Below are positions 12,250-25,483 of a stretch of 64,000 bases of DNA, piece by piece; positions within the stretch are counted from its first letter, which is position 1; each line of letters opens with the position of its first letter. The translations under genes and the position numbers were made by a program. This DNA comes from Epiperipatus broadwayi. Taxonomy: Eukaryota; Animalia; Onychophora. Under the pieces are notes generated by a model. The model searched no databases and was not told the origin of the DNA. It saw nothing but the letters and a program-made list of their open reading frames with translations. The stretch is from the NCBI GenBank assembly GCA_028023455.1, contig JAQFVV010000003.1, positions 3,348,001-3,412,000 on the forward strand, written 5' to 3'.

Positions 12250-13900
12250 AGTATATCATCATTTTTAACCATTATCAATCCATAGCAAAATAATTTCAAG
12301 TTTAATTCATATCTCACCAACAAATTTCATTTTATTTATTCATCTCGTTTCTTTCAAGATTTCTTTATTCTCTTATGATCTAATTTACTAATTCAAAGAT
12401 CTATTTATTATAATCTCTTCTGACAATATGTCATGCTCAGTCTGCTTGTCTCTTTAATTCTTCAATAGCTGATTTTTCTTTCACCCATATATTTCACTTT
12501 GCATCCCTTCTTATCACTTCCAACACACATCTTTCCCTATTTCAATGAGTGGTCTAAATTTCTATATTTATTTTTTGTTAAAAACCCAATCTCAGAAACC
12601 TCATGTTAAAAATCTTCCTTTCCTAAAAATATTTTCCTTTTAATATTAAGTTTCCATCTTTATTATTAAATTTGGTTTTTACCACAGTCGTTACTTCTCT
12701 AAAAAAAACTATTGAACATTATTTATCTTTAGTCCTACTTTCTTGCTTTCTCTAAATGATTCTTGCAACATTTCCCACACAAAAAAAAACAAAAAACATC
12801 AACTACATAACTTAAATAAGATCTATGTCCTTTTATTCTCCTAATTTCCCATATCAATTCATAAACTACTTATTTCTTATAAAACTACATAAAATATTCT
12901 GAGATATAGAATCACTCATTATATATTTTTATTAATAATAATTTTCTTAATGTTACCACATCATCTAATGACTTCTATTAGAATTTTGATAAATTTTCTT
13001 CAGAATATGACAATATCAAGATATCCAAAGCTTTAATTAATTAACATTAAAAGTAACATTAATTTTCTCTTCATTATATATGTAATTCTTTTGCATACAT
13101 GTTTTATAAAGTGGGTTGATTTCTTTCTTTTATTTAGCTGAGTAAACTTTCAGTTGATGAGTATGATTAAAAATTTAGATTAAAAAATCTTAGTAAAAAT
13201 TTTCTAATCCAATTTGATTCATCTCATCAGTGATTTGAATATTATTTTTAATTATGTGGATATTTATTACAAATTGTTTAGATTGATTTAAAAATTCATG
13301 TATACATATATGTATAATGTGTATTTTTCTTTTTAACCATACTTTCTTCTGTCATCTTAGGATACTATAGGATTTGATCCAACTTCTTATGCTATTATCT
13401 ATCATCTTCAACATTAAAACTGATGATACTGTATGCTAGTATAGTCATAATTCCATTTTTTAATTAAATACACAGCAATTCTGAATCTAATCTTTTCTTT
13501 TTTCCTGTATGCAAATATTAATGTTTTTTTGTCTTTTTCTCAATTAGCTTTCATTCTCCTGAAATTAAAATGATCTGTCATTTGTGAATGACTCCTAATG
13601 ATCATAGTGTATAAGTCTACTCAAATCTGATTTGTAACTCAATTTCATTGTATTTCAAATTTTGGTATGTTCTTGTCCCATCTATTCTAAGTTTTATTTT
13701 CTTTGTTGCCCTAGATAGGTTCAAATGGTGGACTCAAAAGCCAAAAGTCCACAAATCATAATTCAATTCTGCCACTTCAAGTACTTCAATATTGTGAGTC
13801 TTCCTGAGAGACCAAACCATTGTTATTTTTCATTTGTGTCAGATGAAATTATTAGAGATAGTAAATTTCAAGGCAAGCAAAATAAATATTATAGTTTTCA
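12250..13900 (-). mobile_element. Decayed LINE (endonuclease N-terminus plus RT fragment)
   Basis: Minus strand ..NIEVLEVAE.. (~13760-13795) resembles an APE start; ..EMLQESFRESKKVGLKIN (~12720-12775) is RT domain 6-like. Confidence 0.55.
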
Positions 13901-14610
13901 AGTGAATTTTATCAATTTTAATTTTTCCTCTCCTCAAACACTATTATGGATTACACTGATATTTATTTGTGTTTCTTTGTTTTTTCATTTAGTATCATTA
14001 ATGTTGATTTCAACATTGTATCACCCAAAAACTCAATATAAAAAATTTAAAAATGTTCAGCAAAATGGAAAAAGTTTAGATATCAAGCCTTTCCAATGAA
14101 ATATTGAAGTTGAATAAAATATGAGGAAAGTAATTAAGATTGTCTTTACAATAAAGAAGATGTGATCAGACACACCCTAATAAATGTTATGCTGTAAGAA
14201 GAAAAGATAAATGAACAAAAAAAAAAAAGTTTCAGAAGATAATATTTAAAAAAATCTTATAGCCTAACTATGAGCAGGGGTAAATGAGTTTCAAATGATC
14301 ACCTGATCCCCAATTAAGTTATTTAACATTATGTTTTGAGAAATTGACAAAGGATCCATGGCTCTCAATTTCTTTCAGTTGCTTATGATAGTGTAATATA
14401 CTTCTAGGTGCATTTTATATTCCCTTTAATGCCCGGAATAATTTGGATCAGTAAGAGAAGTAACAGATTCAAAAACAGATTTCTAGATCAATTCCCAGTT
14501 AGGAAAAAAAAAATTTGGTTAACTAAATAGAACTTGTACGTTTATCTTTCATGTTGGTGCTTAAATATCATGTTTTCTCAAACAATAAACAAATATTATA
14601 TAATTATCTT

Positions 14611-15676
14611 AATGTAAAAAATACTAAAACAGAGTCCAAATGTAAAATTTAGAAAGATTTATTTTATCAAATATACTTTCAGTGCTTTCATGTCATATTC
14701 ATGGTTAGTCTTTGAGAATATTAATTTTTTGCTGATTTGATTTTTGGTTCATTATATATTTATTTTATGTAATGAACCACCCTTCCTTTATTGTTTGTTT
14801 GCAATTGTTTCTTTCTTCGCACATAATTTTGACAACTTGGATCACAATTATGGCTGTGCTTTCCTTCATGATTATGAAAGACAGATGAATTAACAGTTTT
14901 GGTCTTAATCTTAGATTTTTTATAAGTTAATAAATGTTAAGTCATTCTAGTTTTAAAATTTGTCCTGGTCTTACCATAATATACATAAGGAGAGCCTTTT
15001 TGGTTGCACTTTATAGTATACACTACATTGGGATGGTATAATGTTAAAATTTCATCCTTGCTAATAAGTTATTTTAAATTTATAAGGGTTCTAAATCTGA
15101 CATTAAATTCGTTTGAGCATATTTGTACTATTTTATTATCTGTATGTAATAAATATGGTAGAATAATCCAACTTTTATTATTTCTACAATTGACCATTTC
15201 ATTATTTTGGTTTTGAATTGCTCTATATATCTGTGTATATGTATTCTGTAATAGCATGCTTTTATGAAGTCGCCCATGTAATGTTGAATGTTCTCAGTTC
15301 AATCTGATTCATACTGACACATAATAATTGCGGTATAAAAAGTTTTTTAGCCCTGCAAATTTATGAGATGTAGGTATTTTAGATTTTATATCTATGTAGC
15401 CTCTAATATGAAAGGGGGGGGGGTTTATAACCATTTTATATTGGAATGCATTATGTATTTTAAATCCAGATATTAAATTAGATTATGTAATGAACCAAAA
15501 ATCAAATAGCATTCAAATCAGCAAAAAATTAATGTTCTTAATAAACTAACCATTAATATGACATGGAAGCGTTGAAAGTATACTTGGTACAATAAATCTT
15601 TCTGAATTTTATATTTAGATTCTGTTTTAGTATTTTTTTTACATTCATATTTAGAATGACAGAGTATCAAAATGTA
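14611..15676. mobile_element. Fold-back insertion (family D) with 16 bp TSD
   Basis: Arm 14611-14755 is the reverse complement of ~15486-15645. attatataattatctt flanks at 14595-14610 and 15677-15692. ttatgtaatgaacca is repeated directly at 14765 and 15484. Confidence 0.75.
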
Positions 15677-16779
15677 ATTATATAATTATCTTGTATATGA
15701 AAAAACTTTGTCTATTTTTTTTTTCAACTTCATTAATTATTAATAGTTTTCTTTTTTTCACTGAATTGCCAGCTTTTATAAAAGTAATAATTTCGATTTT
15801 AATGAAAAATGATATCATAAAAAAACGATGCATCTCATGAAATTAGAATTATTTTATAACAAATGTTTAATATGATGAGGCATTTTTATTAATATTAAGA
15901 ACTGTGAGAAATAATAAGAGGCAGTATTTGAAATGATAAAAGACTTTTTTTTTTGTTTGATCACATTGCTCTTTGTATAATGGTTTTAATCACAAAATTT
16001 CAATTCAATTCTATCATTTTCCATCTTGATATATTTAATATTTTATATATATATTTTAAAAAAAAAACATATTACCCAGCATATCTATCTGTTTTAGATT
16101 GTGGAGAATAAAGTTGTCATATGCCCTGTTCCCATGCACTTACATCTTTGAATTCAGTCACTCATAAGCAACCATAACCATTTAACTTCAGAATAAAATT
16201 TTTTAAAAAAGAAAAACAATAAAAAGTTAGAAATATATATATAAAAAAATCAGAATTGATGAGTAAAAAATCCAAGAATATCAAAATTCGTGCAGAGAAA
16301 TAACCAAAGGTTTACAATAATTAGACTCTGTACCAATTTCAATAAGTAAAGATTCTAAATAAAATAAAATGAAGAGTGAATAAAAGAAATGATTAACTCA
16401 ATCATAAATGTTAGTAACAATTATTAGTGAACAAAGCTAAAAAGATATAATTTTAGAATCAAATACTCATACATTTCAACAAATTTAATATTATCTAAAT
16501 AAGTTTTTTTTTCTTCAAAATTCTTAATTTTGATAAAAGTAAAATAAATATTGTTTAAGTTAACTCAATAATATTTCTTCTTTCTTTAATTTAAATATAG
16601 CAAAATAAATTATGATAGTACACTATTCTGGAAAGATTAATTTATTTAAAATTACAGCTTAGCATTGCTTCCAACTAGGTCAATCATATTCTTAGAGCTA
16701 ATATAGATACTAAGACAATAAAGCCAATTACTCAAGGCTTTAATAGAATTATAAATATAGATGATAATAATCAACCAAT

Positions 16780-16825
16780 AAGCTATCATCAATCTCAACT
16801 TATAGGTTGAGATTGTTGATAGCTT
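16780..16825. repeat. 20 bp stem hairpin
   Basis: aagctatcatcaatctcaac-ttatag-gttgagattgttgatagctt (one mismatch). Confidence 0.85.
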
Positions 16826-16854
16826 AAGGATTAATTGTTATCAACTAATATGGG

Positions 16855-17166
16855 TTTATATAAATAGAATTCATAAGTTAAATAATTTAAATATACCATT
16901 TATATAATGAATTCAATTCATGAGTCTTTCTTGTTTATTGCATTGATGTTATTTGCAATAAAAATAAAATGGAGTCTGGCCACAATTTCAATCCACTTAA
17001 TATTAAAGTTGTTTGCTTGCACTGAGCACAACGATCGAAAAGAAAATATAAAGAGGCATGGTTTATTGTAAATAACTTCAACACAATAAACAAGAAAGAC
17101 TCATGTATTGTATTATCACATAAATGATATATTAAATTATTTAGCTTATAAATTCTATTTATATAA
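16855..17166. repeat. Inverted repeat, ~85 bp arms and ~145 bp spacer
   Basis: tttatataaatagaattcataag..catgagtctttcttgtttattg versus caataaacaagaaagactcatg..cttataaattctatttatataaa. Confidence 0.75.
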
Positions 17167-17754
17167 ATCTCTAGTAGTTCTATGAATATGCCCGACCTGG
17201 TCGAAAGCAACGCTAAGCAGTAATTTTAAAGAAATTAATCTTTCCGGTATAATGTACCATCACTATTTATTGTTAAAGCTAAGTATTTTAACAAGAATTC
17301 CTTGCAAGTATAAAAGATTAATATTAGAAACATAATTATTATTAATATTATTTTTTTTTGCAATTATAAAATCCATCCTTTTCAAGAGCCTAAGGAAAAT
17401 AAAAAATAGATACGTAAAAATGATTTAACTCTATTAAAAATGATATATAAGAAGGAAACTATTAATTATTCACTAAAATATAGGACACATAAAATATAAC
17501 TTAATTATTAGCTTTAAAAACAATTCAGGCATTGTAATTCAAAACATACAACAAATATTATTCACAAAATGTGTGTATGTAAAGTGTGATAGACAATAAT
17601 TATGTTTAAAAAATTAGAATTAATATTTATTACATTTTTTTAAATTAAATAATTTTATCTAATTTATTATAAAAAAAAAAAATTGAAGGACTCAGGAGGA
17701 TTTGAACCAACCCACATATATAAATATATCAATTTTCTACTATATGTTGCCTTT

Positions 17755-17845
17755 GACAGAATAGCTCAGTTGGTAGAGCGTTTGCCTTAAATTAGATATA
17801 CAAGAATCTAAAGGTGTGAGTTCAACTTCTAAGCGAATATTGTCA
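17755..17845 (+). pseudogene. tRNA-derived sequence (Phe-like arms, ~15 nt insertion 3' of the anticodon); probable pseudogene or SINE head
   Basis: A box TAGCTCAGTTGG at 17762; gtagagcg; atctaaaggt; decayed B box gagttcaac. Acceptor stem gacagaa/tattgtc pairs at 6 of 7 positions; the T stem is broken. Confidence 0.65.
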
Positions 17846-17864
17846 CTGTGCATATAGGCCAGCA

Positions 17865-17909
17865 ACACCTGAATAAGAGTGGAGAATAATACTACTCAAA
17901 ACGTTGTGT
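17865..17909 (+). ncRNA. Decayed minimal type I hammerhead (family C)
   Basis: acac CTGAATA a gagtgg-agaataata-ctactc AAAAC GTT gtgt: stem I acac/gtgt, 6 bp stem II, palindromic AACGTT stem III. G8>T and G12>A relative to CUGANGA/GAAA. Confidence 0.65.
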
Positions 17910-18967
17910 AATTACTAACCTGTATTGTCTATTTGTGTGTTATTACTAACAAATTGTTCGTATTTGGAAAGTTTAAATAAAGTTTAAAATTTTCTATACA
18001 TTCAACATTCACTTATAAATGATGGAAATAGTCCAACATATCACATCTTTTAGCACATCTTATCTCTGAAAATGTTAAGATATTAAAAGAAAGTTGAAAA
18101 CAAAACAAAAAACACTGTTTCTAAAAATCTTTTTTATTTTTTTAAAAAAAAAAGTAAAAGAAAAATATTGTATCTCTAAATTATAATAATTAAAAAAAAG
18201 AGAGAAGATAGAACTACTGTTATTATATTAATAAAATAAAATTGATTAAAATTAAAAAACAACAACTACATTATGAAAAAAATATGTAGGATTTCCATAA
18301 CATTTTTTAGGACTCTAAATTCAAAATCACATCCAATGGATTGAGGGTTAGCTATTAATCATCCTTCCCTATTCCAAATACTGTATATTATATGTACACT
18401 ATTCTTCTACATCTATGGACTCATGATCTATTGATCAGCAAAGCACAGTTTTTAAAAAATAATAATCACAAATAAAAATTTATGAATTTGAATTCATAAA
18501 TTTTGATCTATGTGAGTAGCATTTGTGAATTATTTCCCAATCAACTGTTCCACCATTTCACACACTCAATGCTGTGCTCAATCATATAGTTGCAATCAAA
18601 ATTAAAATATGTTAAATTGCAATGTAAATTATAGAATAAATTTTTTGTTTAGAATGGCCTTAAAGTGCAAAATTAATGACAATGGTAATTCTATCAATCC
18701 TATAAGAAGTAATAACATATTTTCTTTAAATAAATTTAGTAGTTTAAAAAAATCATATCCTGATCTTATATCTAATAAGGACAAAATCATTAATTCATAT
18801 ATGATTGTGTTCTCTCTTTCTCTCTTATAAAATTTATTACTGCGCTGTTAATTACATTACTGTATTTTTGTAGTAATTATTTTAGTTTACTTTTATAATT
18901 TTTTAATTAAATTGTATCATATATAAGAATAAAAACAAAAAATCTAAAGTAATTAATTATTATTTAT

Positions 18968-19460
18968 AGTCTTTCAATCCGCAGAAGTACTTTTGGTTAA
19001 TTTCTTAATCTGCCTCAAATGCCGTTAAATTCAAAAAACAAAACAGAAGCAAAAGTCATCAACTCAAATCCCACAAATCCCGAATTTTAATGTTAGCAGC
19101 GTTTTTTAAACTTATATTCATTTTATTTCTATTTATTAAAATTGCTTCCTTAATTTTTCTTTTATTATGGTTTCTCTCTTCATAAAGAATCTTAATACTT
19201 TCAATATCAAACTTAAATTTATATTTACGTGTCCTTTCATGATTCAAGAGAGAAACCATAATAAAAGAAAAATTAAAGAGGCAATTTTAATAAATAGAAA
19301 TAAAATGAATATAATTAATAGACAAGCTGCTAACATTAAAATTCAGGATTCATGGGATTTGAGTTGATGACATTTGCTTCTGTTTCGTTTTTTTGAATTT
19401 AACGGCAGTTGAGGCAGGTTAAGAAATTAACCAAAAGTACTTCTGCAAATTAAAAGACTG
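18968..19460. mobile_element. Penelope-like element 3' end (GIY-YIG C-terminus), head-to-head fold-back
   Basis: Arms 18968-19180 and 19246-19460 are reverse complements. Both strands encode ..ERNHNKRKIKEAILINRNKMNI; the minus copy extends to HERTRKYKFKFDIESIKILYEE (GIY-YIG H..F....IL..E.N..KR.IKEAI.I). Confidence 0.85.
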
Positions 19461-22400
19461 TATATAATAGGTAATTACCATTATATTTATTATTTTTGCT
19501 GTTATTACAATAGTTTTTTAATTAACAGATATTTTATTTGAATTATATATATATATATATGTTAAACAGATACTGCACAGAGTTTGCTACTACTCCTGAT
19601 TTTTATATTCATAAGAAATAATTGCATATATCATTAAAAAATACAAGCTGTAAAAAAATTAAATGTCACAGTAATATGAGATCATAAAGTAATAGATTAC
19701 TGATTTTTACTAATAATATTGCAGCATTTCTTTCTTTTCTAGTGCTATCTAGTGTAAATTTAAATTATCAATGGTTATCAGATGATAATATAATTTAATC
19801 TCATCCTCAAATCAGTTTTTGGCTTTTACTTTAACTAATGAGGACTTGAAAGTCCAAAGCTGGAAACAATACAGTTATGCATCTGACAATTATCATTAAC
19901 TACTTTATTATCAAGCTTTTAACTTTGAAACTAAAAAAAAAAATTTAAGTTTTGAAACCAAACCAACATGTTTATATAGATCTGATACTAGGTCAGTAAC
20001 CATGCATATTATTAGCTTCCATTTTACTCTAACAGAAGAAATGTTTTTTTTTAGTTAAAAATATTAGTATTAACATTAACAATACTTGTCTCTCAAAGTT
20101 TACTATATTAAGAAAGAATATTTATCCTTCTTCTACTCTAAAACAAATCTTCAAGCCATTTTCTATCTTTTGCCTTTATTACTAAGTAAGCTCTGTGTGT
20201 CAAGTGATGTTGTATTGTAATTCAAAGTAGAACTAAGCATATTAAAATATGTAGTTATTGATGTCAGATCTATACAACTATACAAAAAAAACTTGTCTTC
20301 GGTTCAAAATCTTAAGATTATTTGAATTTTAAATTAAACACTAGATGGTAAATAAAGAATTAATAATAGATGCCAAGTGATATAACTATATTAGTTTCAA
20401 CTTGTCCTCATTGATAAAGAAAAAGCCAGAAACCATTCTGGGGATTAGATTATACTGCTATCTGGTTACTACTGATAACTCAAGCTTACAATAGATAGTG
20501 ATAGAGTAAAAAGAGAAAGAAGAAATGCTCTTGTTAATATAATTGGATGATATTGCATTGGTATCAGGCAATGTAATTCAATACATGGCAACTCATTAAA
20601 CATTTTAAGTGCTTACAAAAAAAAAAAAAATCAAGTCAGATGTCACATGACCTAATTTAATAAAGCTAGTGTTTACAAATATATATAGAGTTTCTTTTGC
20701 GAGCTCTATATATAACACTTATAAAATTTTAAGTGCTTGTTAATAAGCTAATACATGCAAAAATATGCACACATATCTACTTTTAAAATGAATGAATGTT
20801 TAACAACAAATATCTTTATTTTATTAAATTATTATCATTCATTTCTATCAAAAAACAATAACAAAAAAAAAATGGAATTAAGAAGTATATACTGATATTG
20901 TTGCACTTGAAATTTAACTTGTATGAAGTAAATCCAAATTAATTGAGAGAGTGATATTTATTTGGATAATCAAATTTATATAGGAGAATCCAATTCATAA
21001 GAAATAAAATGTTTGTCACTCATAATCAATTATATAAGCATAAATGCTTAACTAATTGCCTGAATGAAGATGCTATCTAATATTGGATATTTCATATGCA
21101 ATTTATTTCATTTTATCAGATTTAAAATATATATATCTATTTATAGTTTAAAATAAATTTTATAAGACAGATTAAATATATATAATCATAAAAATTTTAT
21201 CCAACAAATATAAATTACTCATCAGTTCTGGATTTGAATTCTTTATTGTATTTCAGTAACAATAGTATTTTTAAATAATTATCATGATCAATATATAACA
21301 AAAAAAAAAAAACCTACTACAAAGAGAAAGCTTCATAAAACGAAGGTAGGGGATGATATTAAAAAATAAATTAGGATTCCCATAACAACTTCTCCCCAAT
21401 AATATTATCAACTTCAATTAAGAAAAACATAAAATAATATCAATAAAAAATATATATATATATTTTCATTTCAATCTTTGGTGGAATTGGGAAGAAACTT
21501 TTTAATACATTCTACAAAAATAATCAAATTTTCACATTAGCTACACAAAATAGTAAATCTGAATAAATTACATAAGTATAACACACACACATACATGAAG
21601 ACTACTAAAAAACAAATGATCTTCAAGAATAAATAAATATCTTTATATATATATAAAAAAATCAAAACTGACAATTTTTTACAACTCCATTTTTACATCT
21701 GTTGCAGTTAAAAAAATACAAACTTATTACATACAATATTTATATTGTTAAAAATCAAATTTTGTATCAAACTTCTTAAATAAATAATAAGGATATAAAT
21801 TTTACAGTTAAACACTTATTTGCTGTAGTTCTGGATTATATATATATACACATACATGAAAATGTTCTGCCACATTTAACATCTATACAGATACATATGG
21901 TGAGGTATTTACATATATTACATAGCTCAACATGTATTAAATTGAATTTTGGTTTTTAGAATTTAATTTTACATTTTACTTCATTGTTTTGAAATGTTCA
22001 AATTTTTTTCATCAGTTGACCCAGAGCAGAAAAAGTGAAATATACATAAGAAAACATAAAGCAGATAATAATATGCATTCAGTGAAAATTACAACTGGAT
22101 AATCTACTAACAGTTGCACTATTTATATTCTCAAATATATGGCAGAGATAAATAAGCAAAGTAGTGTTCCTTAATATTTCTTAATAAATTACAATAAATA
22201 TTTTTATCCATGACTCAAAAATTAAAATCATTATTTAATAAAAACAAAATTTAAAAATGTCTCTTCTTTTTCTGAGATATGAAACATGTCTAGATGAGCA
22301 TGGATAAGTTCACAACACATTAAACTGTCTTACCAACAGCAGCTCAAATTTACAATTTGATAGGCCAGAGACATTTATTTTCTCTCTTTAATTTCTAATA

Positions 22401-24886
22401 TTATTTTATTCCAAATACTATTTTAAACTAATAAATATATATCTTTACATGAGAATTAAAATGAAACAATTTCTTCACATAAAAGAATATCAATGCATAT
22501 AATTTTCTTCATCATTACTGATAATTAAATAGAATTTAATGAAAGAAATATTAGGATTTTGAAAATTTCTTCAAAAAAGTATATAAATTTATAACATGCT
22601 CATATATGTTTGTCCAAAGATTTATGTCAGTTATATTTTGGATTATTTACATCATCTAGTTGAATTGTTAAATGGTTTTAGAAAAAATTCAAATTTTATT
22701 TAGACTTTTTAAAATACATTCAATTATTAGTAGCCTATCAATGACAGCCTAGCACAAAAACTGATCAGGCAACTTTGATTTATGAATAATGAATAAAAGG
22801 TGATACTCTAACAAATTGGGTTAGTGTTCCAAAGGATTAGATCAACACTTTAAATTCAGTATTTATGAATCTACAAGAAGCAGTTCAATTTTTGTTCTAA
22901 TCTGTCATTCATTAGACAAACAATATTTGAAAGATGAGAGGAAAATATTACTACTTACAATGCTGTATTCTAAATAAAGTTGAAATTTTTCTAAAAAAAA
23001 AAACATTTTAACAGTTCAACTACTTGATGGAAATAGTCCAATATATATTCTCAATTATTTTATTTCTTTAGTGTATAAAATCTTATTAATGATTCATTTA
23101 TATTCATTAATAATAGCAACTATTACTTACTTTTATATATACATAGAGAGAATTGAATAAAAAAATTAAATGAAATAGACAAAAAGTTCCATAGAATCTA
23201 ACTAAATATTTGATCACTCAAATTTGATAGAAATGCAGAAATTAAGAACTACTTATATATCACTAAAACTTATATCTATAATCCATAACAATAAATAAAT
23301 AATGAATTAATAATTTAAAGCATTAATGTGCTTTCTATTTAGTTGGTTACAAACTGTTTATTTAAAAAAATATATAACAAGCAAAGCCTCCCATGATTTC
23401 TTCTGCTTTCTTTCCATATTTGCATTAAAAACAATAATTCATTTTATTCCGCAGCCATCCGTTGCAAACCTGAGAAATCAATGGTCATTAGATGGCAGTA
23501 CTATAATAAAAACCAGAGACTAGTTTCAGATTTTAATCTCTAAGTCACAGATAAAAATAATACTCCAAAGAGCCTCCGAAATTTGTATGAAGAATTGCAC
23601 ATAGCTCTACTTTTTGCTAATGTCTATTAATTATTTAGGCTTTTAATAGATTGCTCTGGAATAGAGTGAATTAATGCTTCTAATTCCTGAAAAATAAATA
23701 CTGAAACACACGACCAAAAATTTCAACAAAATATCATTATCAGTGGATATGTATTTCAATGTATTTCATTCAAAATTAATCAGATTTGAATGTAGCTTTA
23801 TCATCTAATAGCTATTGGTTACTGAAGCAAAAAAATAAATAGAGCGAATTATTTTTTCTAATAAAATTTATGCGAAGTTACTAAAAACCTACATTTGAGC
23901 TATCATAATTAATATTTCCTTCTAAAAATTATTAATAATATACATAATAGTGATTGATGAGGTTAAGTTTGATGATTTCAAAACATCAAAGAAATGAATA
24001 AAAGCATACTCATAAATGGAATTTTATAAAAATACATTTTCTCACACATACATGTGGCAGAATATACACATTCAATCAGTATATTAAATATATTTACACT
24101 TCATATAAATATGATTATATTTATATCAAATATATATATAAAACATAAAACTACAGAAATTGCCTTACATATGAATAAATTATATTGTGAAATGCCCCAA
24201 TAGATATATAGGTACACGTATGTCTTAACTGTATAAAAACATGCATGAAAAAAAAAAGGTATTCATGCTTTCAAAACAAAAAGTACATTTACAATCATAA
24301 TAAAATGTTCAGATCTTATAAAAAAAAAAAAACCATTAAGTTAACAGTTGGAAGTAATCTTTTATTTTTTAAAAAATAAAAGAAATAAATACTCTTGGTG
24401 AAATCAATTTTCTATATAAAATCAATTTGTTTACCGGTATCAAACAAATTTACTTAATGACTAAAATCCATTTATAAAATATGTCTTAACATCACATTAT
24501 CCAATTACAAAAAATCAAAATCAAAAATATTATACTTTCAGTGGAAATTTGGACTAGACTTGTTCTTTGGAATGTTACGAGGATATAATTATTTACCAGT
24601 ATTTGTTTAAACAATCTACAAGAGTATTTCTTTTTCTCAAAAGAATTTGTGAAAAATCAATAAAAGAATAATTATGGATTTTGCAAATCACAGAAAAATA
24701 AACATTATTAAATTATTTATGATTAATAATTAATAATTCCATATATTTTCAAGATATATTTTCTCCAATATTTGTTACCAGCAGTCCAATAATTCAACTT
24801 AATGAAGGAAAGCATTTTTAGCACTTTTTTTATATAAATGATTCTATTTGGCAATCCGTAAATTTTTTCAGCATATAAAGTTTTTA

Positions 24887-25295
24887 CTATAAAACTACAG
24901 CATTTTTTTTTGACTGGCCACTTTTACCAGCTCCTTGATACCTAATTTCATTAGCTTGAGAAGTAATTGAATTTTTAATCTGAAAGTCTGTTTTATTGAT
25001 TTCTTTAGGAATTTCGGATGATGTTGGAGTGGCTAATTTAGCATCAGGAGAATTTGGTCTACCTATTGATCCCTCAGTGTGGTCACTGTTAACACTGTCT
25101 GGAGACAGTGAATAAAGAGGATTTATGGCACTCTGATCAAACTGAGTGCTATCGTACCAATTATCACTTTGATAAATGTAATCAGAATCCGTTTTTAGTG
25201 ACGAACAAGACTGATGAGGTAAACTTACAGTATCATCTTCATTTGCTTCATCCAAATGAGGTTTATAAGAAAATAAAATACTGGACTGTGCAATA
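24887..25295 (-). CDS. TPRA1: TPRA1/GPR175-like, terminal coding exon
   Basis: Acceptor ttttattttcag; phase 2; (S)IAQSSILFSYKPHLDEANEDDTVSLPHQ..WYDSTQFD..NAVVL-TAG. ILFSYK..DE and STQFD match the TPRA1 C-terminal tail as I recall it. Confidence 0.9.
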
Positions 25296-25483
25296 CTGAA
25301 AATAAAAAAATAACAATAATGATAAATCCATTTTGAATAAGTTACCTATTATATTGTTAATTTAAAAAATAAAACAATAATAAAAATGTTATAAAATTAA
25401 CTGTAGTAAACTAGTGACAATTTGGCGATAATATTTATGACTAACTTTACTCTGAAGTAAAATACATGCATATACTCATTTAA

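Noticed and set aside
13715-14450. Two plus-strand exon candidates (13715-13793, 14408-14450) with GT-AG ends
   Set aside because: The peptide is unrecognisable, the first overlaps the antisense of a LINE endonuclease remnant, and no further exons could be linked.
17180-17210. CTATGA..cgacctggtcGAAAgc hammerhead-like string
   Set aside because: Core incomplete and no NUH triplet with a stem I.
17755-17845. Functional tRNA gene
   Set aside because: T stem and anticodon stem are disrupted and the B box is degenerate; treated as tRNA-derived.
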